From positions 40,300,001-40,364,000 of the forward strand of contig NW_026262593.1 in assembly GCF_021869535.1 (NCBI RefSeq): 64,000 nt of DNA, given 5' to 3'. The notes beneath the pieces are model-generated. The model worked only from the letters and a program-made list of their open reading frames with translations, was not told where the DNA came from and ran no database searches. The position numbers and the translations under genes were made by a program. Of the stretch, positions 50,989 through 63,237 are shown piece by piece. This stretch comes from Mytilus californianus (Eukaryota). The first letter of the stretch is position 1. Each line of letters starts with the position of its first letter.

Positions 50989-51750
50989 GTTAGTATTAGG
51001 TCCTCTATAGGGCCACATGAGTGCAATATGATAGGGCTTATACTAAAGGCCCATAAAGCTAGGGTTAGTATTAGGTCCTTTAAAGGCCACATGAGTAGAG
51101 TATGATAGGCCTATCCCAATGAAGCTATGCTATAGACCCTTAACACAAGGATTAGTATTAGGTCCTTTAAAGGCCACATGAGTACAGTATAATAGGGCTT
51201 ATCCTAAAAGACCATAAAACAATGGTTAGTATTAGGTCCTTTATATATGCTATAGGTCAACACTAGGATTAGTAGGTCCTTTAAAGGCCACATAAGTAAA
51301 GAATGATAGGGCCTATCCCAATGAAGCTACGCTATAGGCCCTTGACACAAAGGTTAGTATTAGGTCCTTTAAAGGCCACATGAGTAAAGAATGATAGGAC
51401 CTATCCCAATGAAGCTAGCTATAGGCCCTTAACACAAGGATTAGTATTAGGTCCTTTAAAGGCCACATGAGTAAAGTTTGATAGGGCCTATCCCAATGAA
51501 GCTACACTATAGGCCCTTGACACAAAGGTTAGTATTAGGTCCTCTAAAGGCCACATGAGTAAAGAATGATAGGGTCTATCCCAATGAAGCTAGCTATAGG
51601 CCCTTAACACAAGGATTAGTATTAGGTCCTTTAAAGGCCACATGAGTAAAGTTTGATAGGGCCTATCCCAATGAAGCTACGCTATAGGCCCTTAACACAA
51701 AGGTTAGTATTAGGTCCTTTAAAGGCCACATGAGTCCAATATGATAGGAT
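50940..51750. repeat. ~88-bp tandem array copied from the exon 3' end plus splice donor, ~9 units
   Basis: Unit tgatagggcctatcccaatgaagctacgctataggcccttaacacaa(a)ggttagtattaggtcctttaaaggccacatgagt; the first unit overlaps coding sequence 50940-50988. Confidence 0.95.
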
Positions 51751-52699
51751 CTGATGAGTTAAGGCTTTATGAACTATTTTTTCTTATAATGTGCTGTTGC
51801 ACCAGTGTCCCAGGTTAGTGGGAGTGTTAGGTGCCCTAAAACATGTTTAACCCCCCCCCCCCCATGACATTCTGTATGTGCCTGTCCCAAGTCAGGAGCC
51901 TGTAATTCAGTGATTTTTGTTGCTGTATATCATATTTTTTTTATAGTTTATTGTTTTATACATAAATCAGGCTGTTAATTTTCTTGTTTGAATAGTTTCA
52001 CATTTGTCATTTCGTGGCCTTTTCTAACTTGCTCTGCAGTATGAGTTTGGCTCATTGTTGTAGGCCGTATGATGACCAATAGGTACTTATTTCTATATAT
52101 GTCATTTGGTCTCAGGTGGAGAGCTGTCTCTTTGGCAATCATACCGCATCTTCTTATTTTTAAACTTTTATTGATTAATGGAATGAAATTGAAAAACGAA
52201 TTCCCTTTCACTATAAAGTTGCAAGCTGTAACAGGCTCTGCAGTAAAAAAAATGTAATCAATTAATTCGCACTCAAATTCATCCTTGTCAGTGTAGAAAT
52301 GTGTACAAGTTATGTAAGATTTTTAAAATGCTTTTTTTCACTAATGTGAAAAGACAGTTAAATGCAGCATTTAATATTTAAGTTATTATTAAATGAACTT
52401 TCCTTTAAAATGTGGGATAAATTCAGAAAGCCTTTAAATAGCTATAAATCTAGAAATTAATAATCATAAATACTTCAAAGAAAAAATTTCTGTCTGGATA
52501 TTTTAGTCAAAATTGCACACTTTCAGTTTTAAAAGTTTTTCCAAACAGGATATTGTATTTAAAACGGTATTTAATTACAATTAAGGACGTGAAGTTCATA
52601 CTGAGTAAAGCTGGTGTAAAAATGTATTGTATTCTTGTCTTTCAGTTTTGCTTATGTACTTTGTCTATAGAGTGTCTATATGCCATTTTGTTTTTCTTT

Positions 52700-53037
52700 G
52701 TTGAAATAGTTATTTGTTTTTATAGTGATTAGGATTATATTAAAATGTTGACTGCTGTACCCCAATTTTTGACATTTTACCTTTTATGTGTGTTTGTTTG
52801 CTCACACATTGTTGTCAATATAATGGAATTCTATACTGTCATACAAGTAAGAGGTTTAGCTAGTTATAAAACCAGGTTTAATCAACCATTTTCTACGTTA
52901 GGAAATGCCTGTACCAAGTCAGGAATATGACAGTTGTTTTCCATTCGTTGATGTGTTTGAGCTTTTGATTTTACCATTTTATAAAGGACTTTCTGTTTTG
53001 AATTTCCTTTGGGGCTTGGTATTCTTGTTGTTTTACT
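52700..53037 (-). mobile_element. Repeat family A, copy 3
   Basis: Reverse complement of 622-948. Confidence 0.8.
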
Positions 53038-53266
53038 TCTTTTTTTTTTTAATCACAATGAGGTCATGTTCTGTCTGTTCTGATTAAGAATTTTTAATCC
53101 AAAATGAATGGAGATTTCAAGTGCCTTTTAGGAATGAGTAAGCCATTTGACCCAAGGTCAGTCGGAGTAAATGACATCATTGAACAATCGACTCTTATTG
53201 TGAAGTAAAAGTTTGGGAAAATGCATGAATGTGAAAGATGCTATGCCACAAACTCTGCATGTTATG

Positions 53267-54600
53267 AACTAACTAACTAACTAATGCTCTTCATGCCGGC
53301 TGGCATATAAGGCTGATACCAGGTCTCTCCACTGTTGTCTGTCCTTTGCAATCTTTTCCATTTCACCTCTGGTCTTTCCCATGCTTTTAAATTCACTGTT
53401 AATTGTCCTTCTCCATGTTTCTTTTGGTCTTCCTCTGTTTCTTTTACCTTCCGATGGTGTCCATTTTAGAGCTTTTTTGGAGATGTTATTCTGATCTTTT
53501 CTTAAAGTGTGTCCTAGCCATCTGAATCTCCGTTGTTTTATGGTGGTCATCAGATCTTTTTGTCCTGTTCTTTCATACAGTTCTTTATTAGATATCTTTG
53601 CTGGCCAATATATCTTACAAATTTTCCTCATACATTTGGTGTGAAATCCAGAGAGTCTCTGGCTGTCTTTCTATGTTATTCGCCAGCATTCTGCACCATA
53701 CAACAAGATAGAAAGCACATTACTCTGGTAGATCAATATTTTTGTTTTTTCACTTGTGTTGCCTCTCCACCATATTTTATTTAGTTGGTGAAAAGATGTT
53801 CTGGCCTGGAGTCTGTTTGAGATGTCTTTTTCTGTTGCATTGTTTTTGCTGAGAAAACTGCCCAGATAGGTAAAGTCGTCTACTTCTTCTTCTGATTCAC
53901 CCTTTAGTTTGATTGCAGTGAAGGTAGATGTAAGCTGCATTGTTTTTGTTTTCTTCTTGCTGATGTTCAATCCAATTTGGTGTGCATATTTGGCTAGATC
54001 TTGGGTTTTCTTTTGTAGATGGTCAGCATTGCTTAAAAGTAGAGCTATATCATCTGCAAATTCAAGATCTTCCAGCATTGTTGTTAAGTTCCATCTAATT
54101 CCTCTATTTTTATTCCCTTTTGCTTGCCTCATTACCCAATCAATAGCAACAAGGAAAAGCATAGGTGACATGATGCATCCTTGTCGTACTCCACTGGTGA
54201 TATTGAACCAATTGCTTATTTTGTTGTTGTGGATAACGCTACATAAGAAGTTGTTGTAGAAGATCTTGATTATTTGGATGAGTTTTTCTGGGCATCCATA
54301 TGCTTTGAGGATCTGCCATAGACTTTCTATGTGGATACTATCAAAAGCCCTTTCAAAAGCGACGAAATTTATATGTAATTTGGTGTTCCATTCTATGCAC
54401 TGTTCCATGATGTTTTAAAAAGTGAATATGTGATCCATGCATCCAACCACAGGTCTAAACCCTGCTTGTTCCTTTCTTATAATTTTATCTATTGCATAGC
54501 TGAGTCTCATGCAGATAACTTTGCAGAAAACTTTACTAGGTACCGATAGTAGTGTGATTCCACGCCAGATTGTGCAGTCCATCTTATTACCCTTCTTCTG
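53267..54600 (-). pseudogene. 5'-truncated RTE-like LINE (reverse transcriptase, inactivated), antisense in the intron
   Basis: WRGITLLSVPSKVF...EQAGFRP...AFDSI...GVRQGCIMSP...FADDIALL...FTYLGS...RWLGHTLRK...GKRNRGRPK in one frame, with in-frame stops TAA (after HIFTF) and TAG (after CWRIT); (TTAG)n 3' tail. Confidence 0.92.
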
Positions 54601-54760
54601 TAGTAAGTTTTACGAACAGCAAAGGACAACTGTTTAGAGGGTTCCACATGTCAGAGTTCTCCTATATCAAGGAAATTTTTAATATTGTGTTGTTTCTAGG
54701 AATTATAGCATCACATTCATAAGAATTTATTAGAAAATCAGTACAGACATCATCACTTTC

Positions 54761-55168
54761 AAACATTACAATTATACTAAAAGGCCCTTGGAAAACTCAG
54801 ACATTACAATTATACTAAAAGGCCCTTGGAAAACTCAAACATTACAATTATACTAAAAGGCCCTTGGAAAACTCAAACATTACAATTATACTCAAAGGCC
54901 CTTGGAAAACTCATACTAAAAGCCGCTTGGAAAACTCTAAAACATTTCAATTATACAAAAAGGCCCTTGGAAAACTCAAACATTACAATTATACTAAAAG
55001 GCCCTTGGAAAACTCAAACATTACAATTATAATAAAAAGCCCTTGGAAAACTCAAACATTACAATTATACTAAAAGGTCCTTGGAAAACTCAAACATTAC
55101 ATTTATAATAAAAGGCACATGGAAAACTCAAACATTACAATTATAATAAAAGGCACATGGAAAACTCA
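54761..55168. repeat. 38-bp minisatellite, ~10 copies
   Basis: Unit aaacattacaattatactaaaaggcccttggaaaactc; explains ORFs 54826 and 54864. Confidence 0.95.
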
Positions 55169-55523
55169 GCATCTCGTTCAAACATTACAATGATGCTATA
55201 AGGCCCTGGGGAGACTCCTTATCCAGTTGCAGTCCAAATTTCCCACCCTTCATCTCAGTTTACATACCTTACAGAACCTAGGGATTGTATTAATGGTTAA
55301 TTTGTTCTCATCTTGAATATGCATGAAATATTTGGCACTGGACATAAAGCAACTATCCATCAATCAAACAATCGACCACTATACTGTCTCCATGCCCAAT
55401 TTCTAGCATATTTCAGAATCTTTAACTGACAAATGGATCAGTCATTGATTTAATTTTTGAAAAATAATAAACTAATTCTAATAATTGGATTGTGCTGATA
55501 GAATTCTCTCTCTTCCATTTCAG

Positions 55524-56813
55524 ATGCATGTCCATTCCAAGTTGATTTCTGATCTGCAAAAATCACCACTGTCTCAACCAAACACGTCTGTCTCACCGGA
55601 GGATACCGTCGTCTCTGATCTGCAGCCACGACAAAGAAAAAGAAAGGCATCTCGACCACAACATATCAACAATCGATCAGCAATACCATTTAACCATTCA
55701 GAAATGGAAAATCGCATTTACAATAATTATATGAACAATTATTCAAAAGATAATAGACCAGAAGGTTATGTGTATATCTTGGACAGTGATGATGATGAAA
55801 ATGTCCCAGACATTCCAATGAAAAAATCCGACATTTCCAGCAATAATAATTGTTACAGCAGCAGTGTGTCTCGAAGTGATAACTTTTACATTGCACAGAG
55901 GTCACAAGAAGGTCAGTCAAAAAATTTGTCGTCTGCAGAAGATGAGGACAAACATTTTGGCAGAAATAATTCATCCAGTGTTCAAGTTAATAATTCTAAT
56001 TTTAGGTATGTAGATGAAGATATCTATAGATTACAAATGTCTGATACCAGGAGCCAAAGCTTGCCTAAACTGTCCAAAAACAATGATCATGCGACAGAAT
56101 CATCCAATGAAATCATTAGAAACAACAGCAGTGTTTCAGCAGCATCCAATGATATGTTCAGAAACAACTCCAGTGAAATGTTCAGAAACAACCCCAGTGG
56201 TTCGATGACATCCACTGAAATATTTGGACACAAAAATCAACCAGCAATTTCAAGAAATGGCAGTTTTTTACCTGTTTCATCTGTAAACCGTCGTGATACA
56301 GTACCCTCAAATGGAATACCTATAAATAGGAACCATTTGTCAACAGCATCCAATGAAATGAATAGAAACCATGATGAAAGGTCACATTTGGCCAATGAAA
56401 TGCAGCATTATAGTAGTAGTATGGGTTTAGATTTATCAATCAATAACAATGATTTTTCTAGAATGTACAATGAAAGATCTAGACTACCAAATATGTCTTC
56501 TGATAGAAGTTATGCAAACAACCATGTTTTATCCAGAATCCAAAATGGTCTAGGTGATAACCAAATAAAAATGGAGGGAAAAGAAAATCAAATATTTACC
56601 AATGGAATGGTACCAGAAACTGATACACATTTTATTCAAATGATGAACAACAATTCAAATGAATGGCGGAGAAGAAATTTTGTCGGCCAAAACAGAATAG
56701 TAAATGGTGAATCTGAAGGAAGTTCTGACGAGTCCGAAGTAGATATGGGTGAACAGCAGCATTTTCCCACTCCAAATTTAGGAGCAGACGTGTATGATGA
56801 CCCAATGAACTAA
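55524..56813 (+). CDS. Zinc-finger gene terminal coding exon: last His of finger 4, basic NLS-like RQRKRK, long Asn/Ser-rich low-complexity tail
   Basis: Acceptor ctctcttccatttcag|ATG; phase 0 gives AHNTR-MH, completing finger 4; 429 codons open to TAA 56811-56813. Confidence 0.88.
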   Translation: MHVHSKLISDLQKSPLSQPNTSVSPEDTVVSDLQPRQRKRKASRPQHINNRSAIPFNHSEMENRIYNNYMNNYSKDNRPEGYVYILDSDDDENVPDIPMKKSDISSNNNCYSSSVSRSDNFYIAQRSQEGQSKNLSSAEDEDKHFGRNNSSSVQVNNSNFRYVDEDIYRLQMSDTRSQSLPKLSKNNDHATESSNEIIRNNSSVSAASNDMFRNNSSEMFRNNPSGSMTSTEIFGHKNQPAISRNGSFLPVSSVNRRDTVPSNGIPINRNHLSTASNEMNRNHDERSHLANEMQHYSSSMGLDLSINNNDFSRMYNERSRLPNMSSDRSYANNHVLSRIQNGLGDNQIKMEGKENQIFTNGMVPETDTHFIQMMNNNSNEWRRRNFVGQNRIVNGESEGSSDESEVDMGEQQHFPTPNLGADVYDDPMN

Positions 56814-56964
56814 GTCAAAACAATAGATCTGCAAAACTTTTTTAGTTGTTTATGTTTAATTATAAGTGTTGTGTGTACAATATGAGGTTACAATCCAAGA
56901 AAGAGGGACAAGGGCCCATATATTTAGTTGGTTTAATAGTTGCTTTTATTTGTTGTTTTATGTA

Positions 56965-56970
56965 AATAAA
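56965..56970 (+). other. Candidate proximal polyadenylation signal
   Basis: AATAAA ~150 nt after the stop; a distal AATAAA lies at 60465-60470. The motif is common in AT-rich DNA. Confidence 0.3.
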
Positions 56971-57044
56971 TTGAAAGATTGCTTGTGCTTATCAATTTTC
57001 AAACTTTAGATTTTGTTTAAATTAGGCTAAAAAAGAATATAGTT

Positions 57045-57249
57045 CTGTTTCCTGTCTCTCTACCCTACCCTAACACTTATTATGAACTTTTATCATCAGG
57101 TTAAGCACTATTTAAAGTACAACATTATTTGATTAAGCACTGCTTAAGTCAAGAACATTCCCCTATATAGTCTATATAAAATATTTAAAAAATAAAATTA
57201 TTTTATCTACCTACATACCCTAATTTTCGTCTAGAAGGCAGGAAAACAG
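57045..57249. mobile_element. MITE downstream of the stop codon
   Basis: Ends ctgtttcctgtctct / agaaggcaggaaaacag; related partial copies at ~21520-21640 and ~23310-23430. Confidence 0.55.
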
Positions 57250-60200
57250 GTTTATATTTTTTGCATTGCATTTTTGTTTGTTTTAATAAGTTATACATTA
57301 TCAAAGATTTTTTTCCAGTGTGTTTCAATATTGTATTTTTTGAAGATTTTTGTTAAGTTTAGAATTTGTTTTCTATCCTTGTATTAGAATTTTCATATTC
57401 TAAAAAGGACCTCATAAAAACATCAAAAACAATAAAAATCTTAATAAGTTTTGAAATGTTGATAAAAGGGAGATAACTCTTGAATTTAAAAAAAACTATT
57501 GAATCTCATTTTGTCAAATTATTTGAATCTTTTTATTTAAAAAAAAGATACTATATATCTGCAGAGTTGTGGAATTCTTTATGAGAAATCCTTTTGTTTT
57601 TGTTGTTCTTTTTTTTTTTTTACACATAATTAACTTTATAACAAGTTAAAAAGTTTACATTTATATTTTTATATACTTATTTTAACACTTAAAATTAAAA
57701 ATATTCATTATTGGATATGTTTTTTCAACAAGAAAAAACCAGAAACTTTCAAAGACATTTTGTAAACAAATGTTTTTTATAAATTAACCGAGAGGTATGA
57801 ACTTTTCATAAAAATGTATTTTTGCAATTACTTTTTTCAAACCAAAGAACTTTTTGTTGTTATTATATATACAGATTTTATATATACTATTTGCACTGTT
57901 AAGATTATGATGACGATTTTGGTAAATTATTGATAGGTTGTCACCTTCAAATTTTAGTTACTATCTGAAAAAGTGATTTCTTATTTAAGTAGAGATAATT
58001 GATAATAAAAATAATAATTTTGTAAGTTCCGGGCAACGTTGACCAAAGATAGTTTTGTTGTTCTTTTTAGGTCCTTTTAAGCTGACATGGCCCATAGCAT
58101 AAAGTGAGCTATTACCGTCACTTAGTGTCAGTCATCCATTGTCTGTTAGTCAACTTTTCACTTTTTAATTTATTTACACCAAAACTACAAAGCCGATGCG
58201 GACTGAAATAGGCAGAAATAATATAATGGTAAATAATTATGTTCTTTTTGAATGTTCCTCATTTTGTTTCAACAGTCTAAAAAACATGGCCATTAGTAGA
58301 CTGATTTTTTTAAATCCAAGAAAATGCTTGAGTTGCAAAAATTTGAATTCACGCATAATGTGTAATTATTTCAACAAGATTGATGTTAAGATATCCCCTT
58401 TTATGTATTTAAGTCTTAATGGATTTTAAGATTTGATATGAGATAACGTTTACAGTGTACATTTTTTACTACTGTGAATTCGTCATCATTCGTGGGATAC
58501 CAATTTTCGTGGTTACAGGGGAACCATGAATTTAATTGTTCAAAGAATTACAAATTTTCTATTGGAATGTATGCAGACTTTTGCAAAACCACGAAATCAA
58601 ATATCCACAAAAATGCAAGTTTTCTTCGATCCATGAAAATTAGTACCCACTAAAAAATAAATGAATCCAGAGTTTATTTTTAGTTTATTTGGGTTTACAT
58701 TTAGTACTGCTTTTAATGGTTGTTTTTTAAGGTTGTAAATATAGACTATTACTTGTGATATTTTTATTGCTTAAAAACATATGTACTTAACATGTATCCT
58801 TGAGAAGGAAGCATTCCACGTTAATTGATAAATATAGATAAAGTTTTTACTATGTCAAAACATTTGCCAAAATATTCAAATGTGAATACAAAAAACTTAC
58901 ATATTCATATTCAAAATCCCAAATTATAATTTACATTCATGTCACTTGAGTATTTCTTTTTTGTGTCATATTTCAATTCTAATCTTTTTTTTTCTTCATT
59001 ATTGTCATTTCTTATCCATTTTATGTTGTTCATAAAAAGAAAAATAGACACAATTCACGGTTTCAGATTCTTAAAGATTATTGGTTACTTTATAGTTATA
59101 CAAAAATAATGTCCCGCCATTGGTGGAATATTCATTGTGTTAGATCTTACTGACCAATCACCAAATTTGATGTATGATTTTGGAAATATTACAGAAAATG
59201 CATAAGTTGCTGTAACTGAACTTTTGATAGATAATATTTTCTTGCCATTTCAAGAAAAAATAATTCTTCTTTAAACTAAACTAATTCCTAGTAATCATTA
59301 AAAAACCTGTCACCGATTATTTTCCATGTTTTATTTTATGACATTTAAGCATAATTACTGATCTTCAAGCTTTTTTTATTTGTGTTCTACTTAATTGCTT
59401 GCTATTTTATTATATATTCCATAAGTAATACAAGTGATGTGAGTGTTATTTTAAAAACAGCATTTTTTAAAGAGTCTACAAATATTGAGTTTTATGTGTG
59501 TATATTGTGTATATTGTGTATATATATTTTTTTATAGAGAATAGAGAATTGGAGCTTTAAAGATTTACAAACAAATATGTGATGTAGAATATTTATTGGT
59601 GTCGTCTGTCACATGATAAATGTATAGTTGTGCTTGTATTGTTTGTTATAGAATTAGTCCAACATTAAGCCAAACAAAATTAATTGTCGCTTCTCACGTG
59701 CTTCCTCAAAAATTCAAATGTGACAGTGCATGAACTATTGTTGTGTCTGACTGTCTTTAGACACTGTGCTTTTCATTTTTTTCATGATTAGTTGAGATTA
59801 AGTAGACTCATCCTGCAGAAACTTTGTGGCAGTGATTTTTTAGCATTTAGCAAAGTTTAAAATATATATAGTTCTGTCTTTCTGTTGGGAGCAAAAGAGA
59901 TGTTAAAAGTTTTTGATGTGCAGCATTTATTTTTAGCATTTTCATTGTAAAATATTGTTTCTGAATTATTCCAAGTCATTTAGTTTTCTCAAGGGGCCCT
60001 CAGTGGCTAACTGGTCTTAGTTCTCTACAGTGATCACTTGGCTGTCAACATTTGAGGTTTTGAGTTGGCACCTGAGAAGCTGAACTTTATTATATTTAGC
60101 CAAATTAGAATAAGTTATCTGTTCTTTCTTTTGTATATTGCAAAGCTTGTTTATTCCATTGAAAGTTTGTTTCTTGCCAAATTTTTTATTTCTCACACTT

Positions 60201-63200
60201 TTGATGGTTTTTGTGTGTTTTTTTAATTGTAATATTAAAATCTCTATTCATGTATACATGTATATATTAAACAGTCATCCAAAAATAGACAATTTTAAGA
60301 GTTGTATGGTCACATCAATTGGATTTATTTTTTCTTTGTCAGTTTTTTGACAATTTTGATTTAAATTGAAAATTTTCCTTCTCTGATATCATCTTTAATG
60401 TAATTAACTTGTTTCTTTAAAACTTAACTCCTCATTTCCAATTCAAGAATCTGAATTTTTTTTTAATAAAATTATATTTGCACTTGTTTCATTAAAAGTA
60501 ATTTTCGGGGGTAGGAGACTCCTGTATGTTTGGGGGTTAGTTTCAGAAGGCACAATTTTGTTTTACCCTACTGTGCATACAAATTAAGTTTATATTTCAT
60601 TCATTCCTGAAGACTCACCCTTTAGAAACAATAACCACATTTAAAATTTATTGTAATTTCCAAAGAGCCATGCATTTTAACCATTATGTCTACAAATGGT
60701 CAAAAGAAAAAAGTTTTAAAGCCTCTTTTTTGTTTCCCTAAAAAAATCAAAAGAACTGTAAAGAATGGTGCCTAATGAATGGAATTTCAATTTTTTTTTC
60801 ATGTGATTTAATAGATTCCTGTAATTTTAATTTTGAGAATATTCTGTAGCTTTAAAAGATTGAGCCATACATATCAATAGAAACATCTTGCTAAGCATGT
60901 TTTCTTATTCATTTTATCTGAATCAAATGCATTCTGGGTAATATTTTCAAAAGTGTACACCAAAATGTTGTGATTGGCTAACAATGTCCTAAACAATGGT
61001 AATTTAACTAATGTTTGTTTAGGTTTTTATACATACTTGGCTTTCAAATATTCGGCATTGAGTGTTCCTGTTGAAGGTAAATCCAGAAAAACGCTTCAGC
61101 CGCATGAAATTTATAATGTGTTGTTTTCATTTTTGTTTCATTGACATTGTTTTCATTTTGGGGTACAAAAAAATGAGATTACCCATATATTGCTTTAGAT
61201 TCTGAAATGGTGAATTGGAATTCAGGTTAATTGTAGTAAACAGCTTTTTAAAAGTTTTTCTTAGGTTGTGTCAGAGTTTATACCATGTTAGAAATAGTTT
61301 GTTTTTATCTGTCTAATTGCATCATTTTCTGAAATCTTCTGAATTAATCTCACATGTTTGTCCATTAATTAACAAAAGCATTAATAAATGCATGCAGCAA
61401 TTTCAATAGTACTAATACTACATAGGAAAAAAGACATATCATCTGGTTATTGGTAAAATTGCTTTGTATATTTCTGACAACATGGATGTAGTGTCATTTG
61501 AGTTCAGAACTCATCTCCGCATATTCAATTTTTTACTAAGTATTCTTTGTTGGAACAGGGTACAAAATGTGATTTACATTTGGGCATTCAAATATATTTT
61601 ATTCAATGGTTTTTCCAAAAGCTGACTATTCTGTAAATTCCTTGGTGCTTTTCACTGTTTTATTATATCAAATGTCCAATTTTTGCATTTAAGTAATATT
61701 TTTGTGCTTTATATTAATGTACTGTATTATTTTTGAAAAAGTTTTTTTTCCACATCTGTATTATAAAATCTTATCTTGCCGGATTATATATCTTTTTTAC
61801 ATTATGTTGTTTGCAATCATATATTTTATGTTCATATGAAAGTTGGTTTTTGTTGTTGGGTTGCTGTCTCCTTAACATGTAACCTAGGTCACAGAGTTTT
61901 TGGTAATTTAATTCTTGTCAAATAGAACCGATTGTAGTCTGCACCAAAGACATTTTTAAAAACTCAGTCTTCATGTCCAATATTTTTTTTTCTATTTACC
62001 TTAGCAAATTGTTTTCTCATTACTTTAAGCCTGAACCAATATTTACTAGTGTTGACCATAGGGCTTGTGACTTAAGGTGCAGACTTCAGTATTGGATATA
62101 AAAGGAAATATTTTTGAGAGAATCACCCACAATCACCAGCATTCACTGTGAAAATTCACAAAGAAGAGTGAAATTTAACTGTATCAGCTTGTGTTAATTG
62201 TACTTGCCACAAAATCAGTTTTATACCCACACCTGCTTGCAAATATCTACTAGTAATAATTCTTTTGTATAATAACAGCATACTATCATGAGGTCCAGGC
62301 TCTTACAGAATGCAAGAGATAGAGCACCTTTGGCAATATGGTTGTAGTGTTATTTGTGGTATTTCTTCAAAAACATAATTTAAACAAAATTAGAACCATG
62401 GATATTTTTTACTGACTAATAAAGAATCCTTGTGGGGTTACTGGAGTAGTATTTGCAGATGTAAGAAATAGTTATTCTTTGTAGTAATATGTTCCCAAAA
62501 AAAAAAATGCAGTTTAGGGCAGTACAGGGGGCAATCATATAATTTGTGATAAAAAAAAACTGATTGAATAATATAGTTGGGTGCTTCTATGAGCAGAGTA
62601 CTTTATAGGTTAAATTCAGTTCCCACAAGGTTCCACATACAATTATGTTATATTAGCAGCCATCTTAGATTTCTGATAAAATCATCATTGGTCAATCCTT
62701 ACTGGATCTTTTTTCTTAAAAATTTATTTATTTACATCACTGGCTGTCCCAAATATTTAGCAGCTGTCATCAAATACAATTCTCAAAAGGTTTAACATTG
62801 GGGTTTTTCACCAACATGATTCCCAAAACAGGCAACACCTGAAAACTTTTTTTTCAAGTTTAATAAAACTCAATAGAAGAAAGCTAATAGTTTGTGGCAA
62901 GTACAATGGACAAAGAGCTTAGATTTTAAATAAATTTTAACTGAAAAATTAATATTTGTGCCAATGAAAATGCCATTTAAATATGCAAATACCAAGAAAA
63001 TCCAGAGCAAATAATTAAATTATTGTTTTCCAATAAACTAAAAGTAAAGAAACATATTGTACCAATTTCTGTATGGAGACACAAGTTTCTTTTTATATAA
63101 TTTTGAAATGTACATTTTATGTTGTTTTGAAAATATATTTTATCAATATTGACATGTTTAAAACACCAATATGAATCATTTATTGGATGATATTATAGTG

Positions 63201-63237
63201 CTTTTAGTAGTAAATAAACATTGTTAGATTTTTACAG

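Noticed and set aside
57205-57215. let-7-like site ctaccta after the stop codon (tempting given lin-29 biology)
   Set aside because: Only an offset 6-mer, not CTACCTC, and it lies inside a MITE.
62700-62850. Minus-strand frame containing HVGEKPQC and AKYLG
   Set aside because: Stops follow immediately and there is no finger or RT context; likely coincidence or a very decayed LINE.
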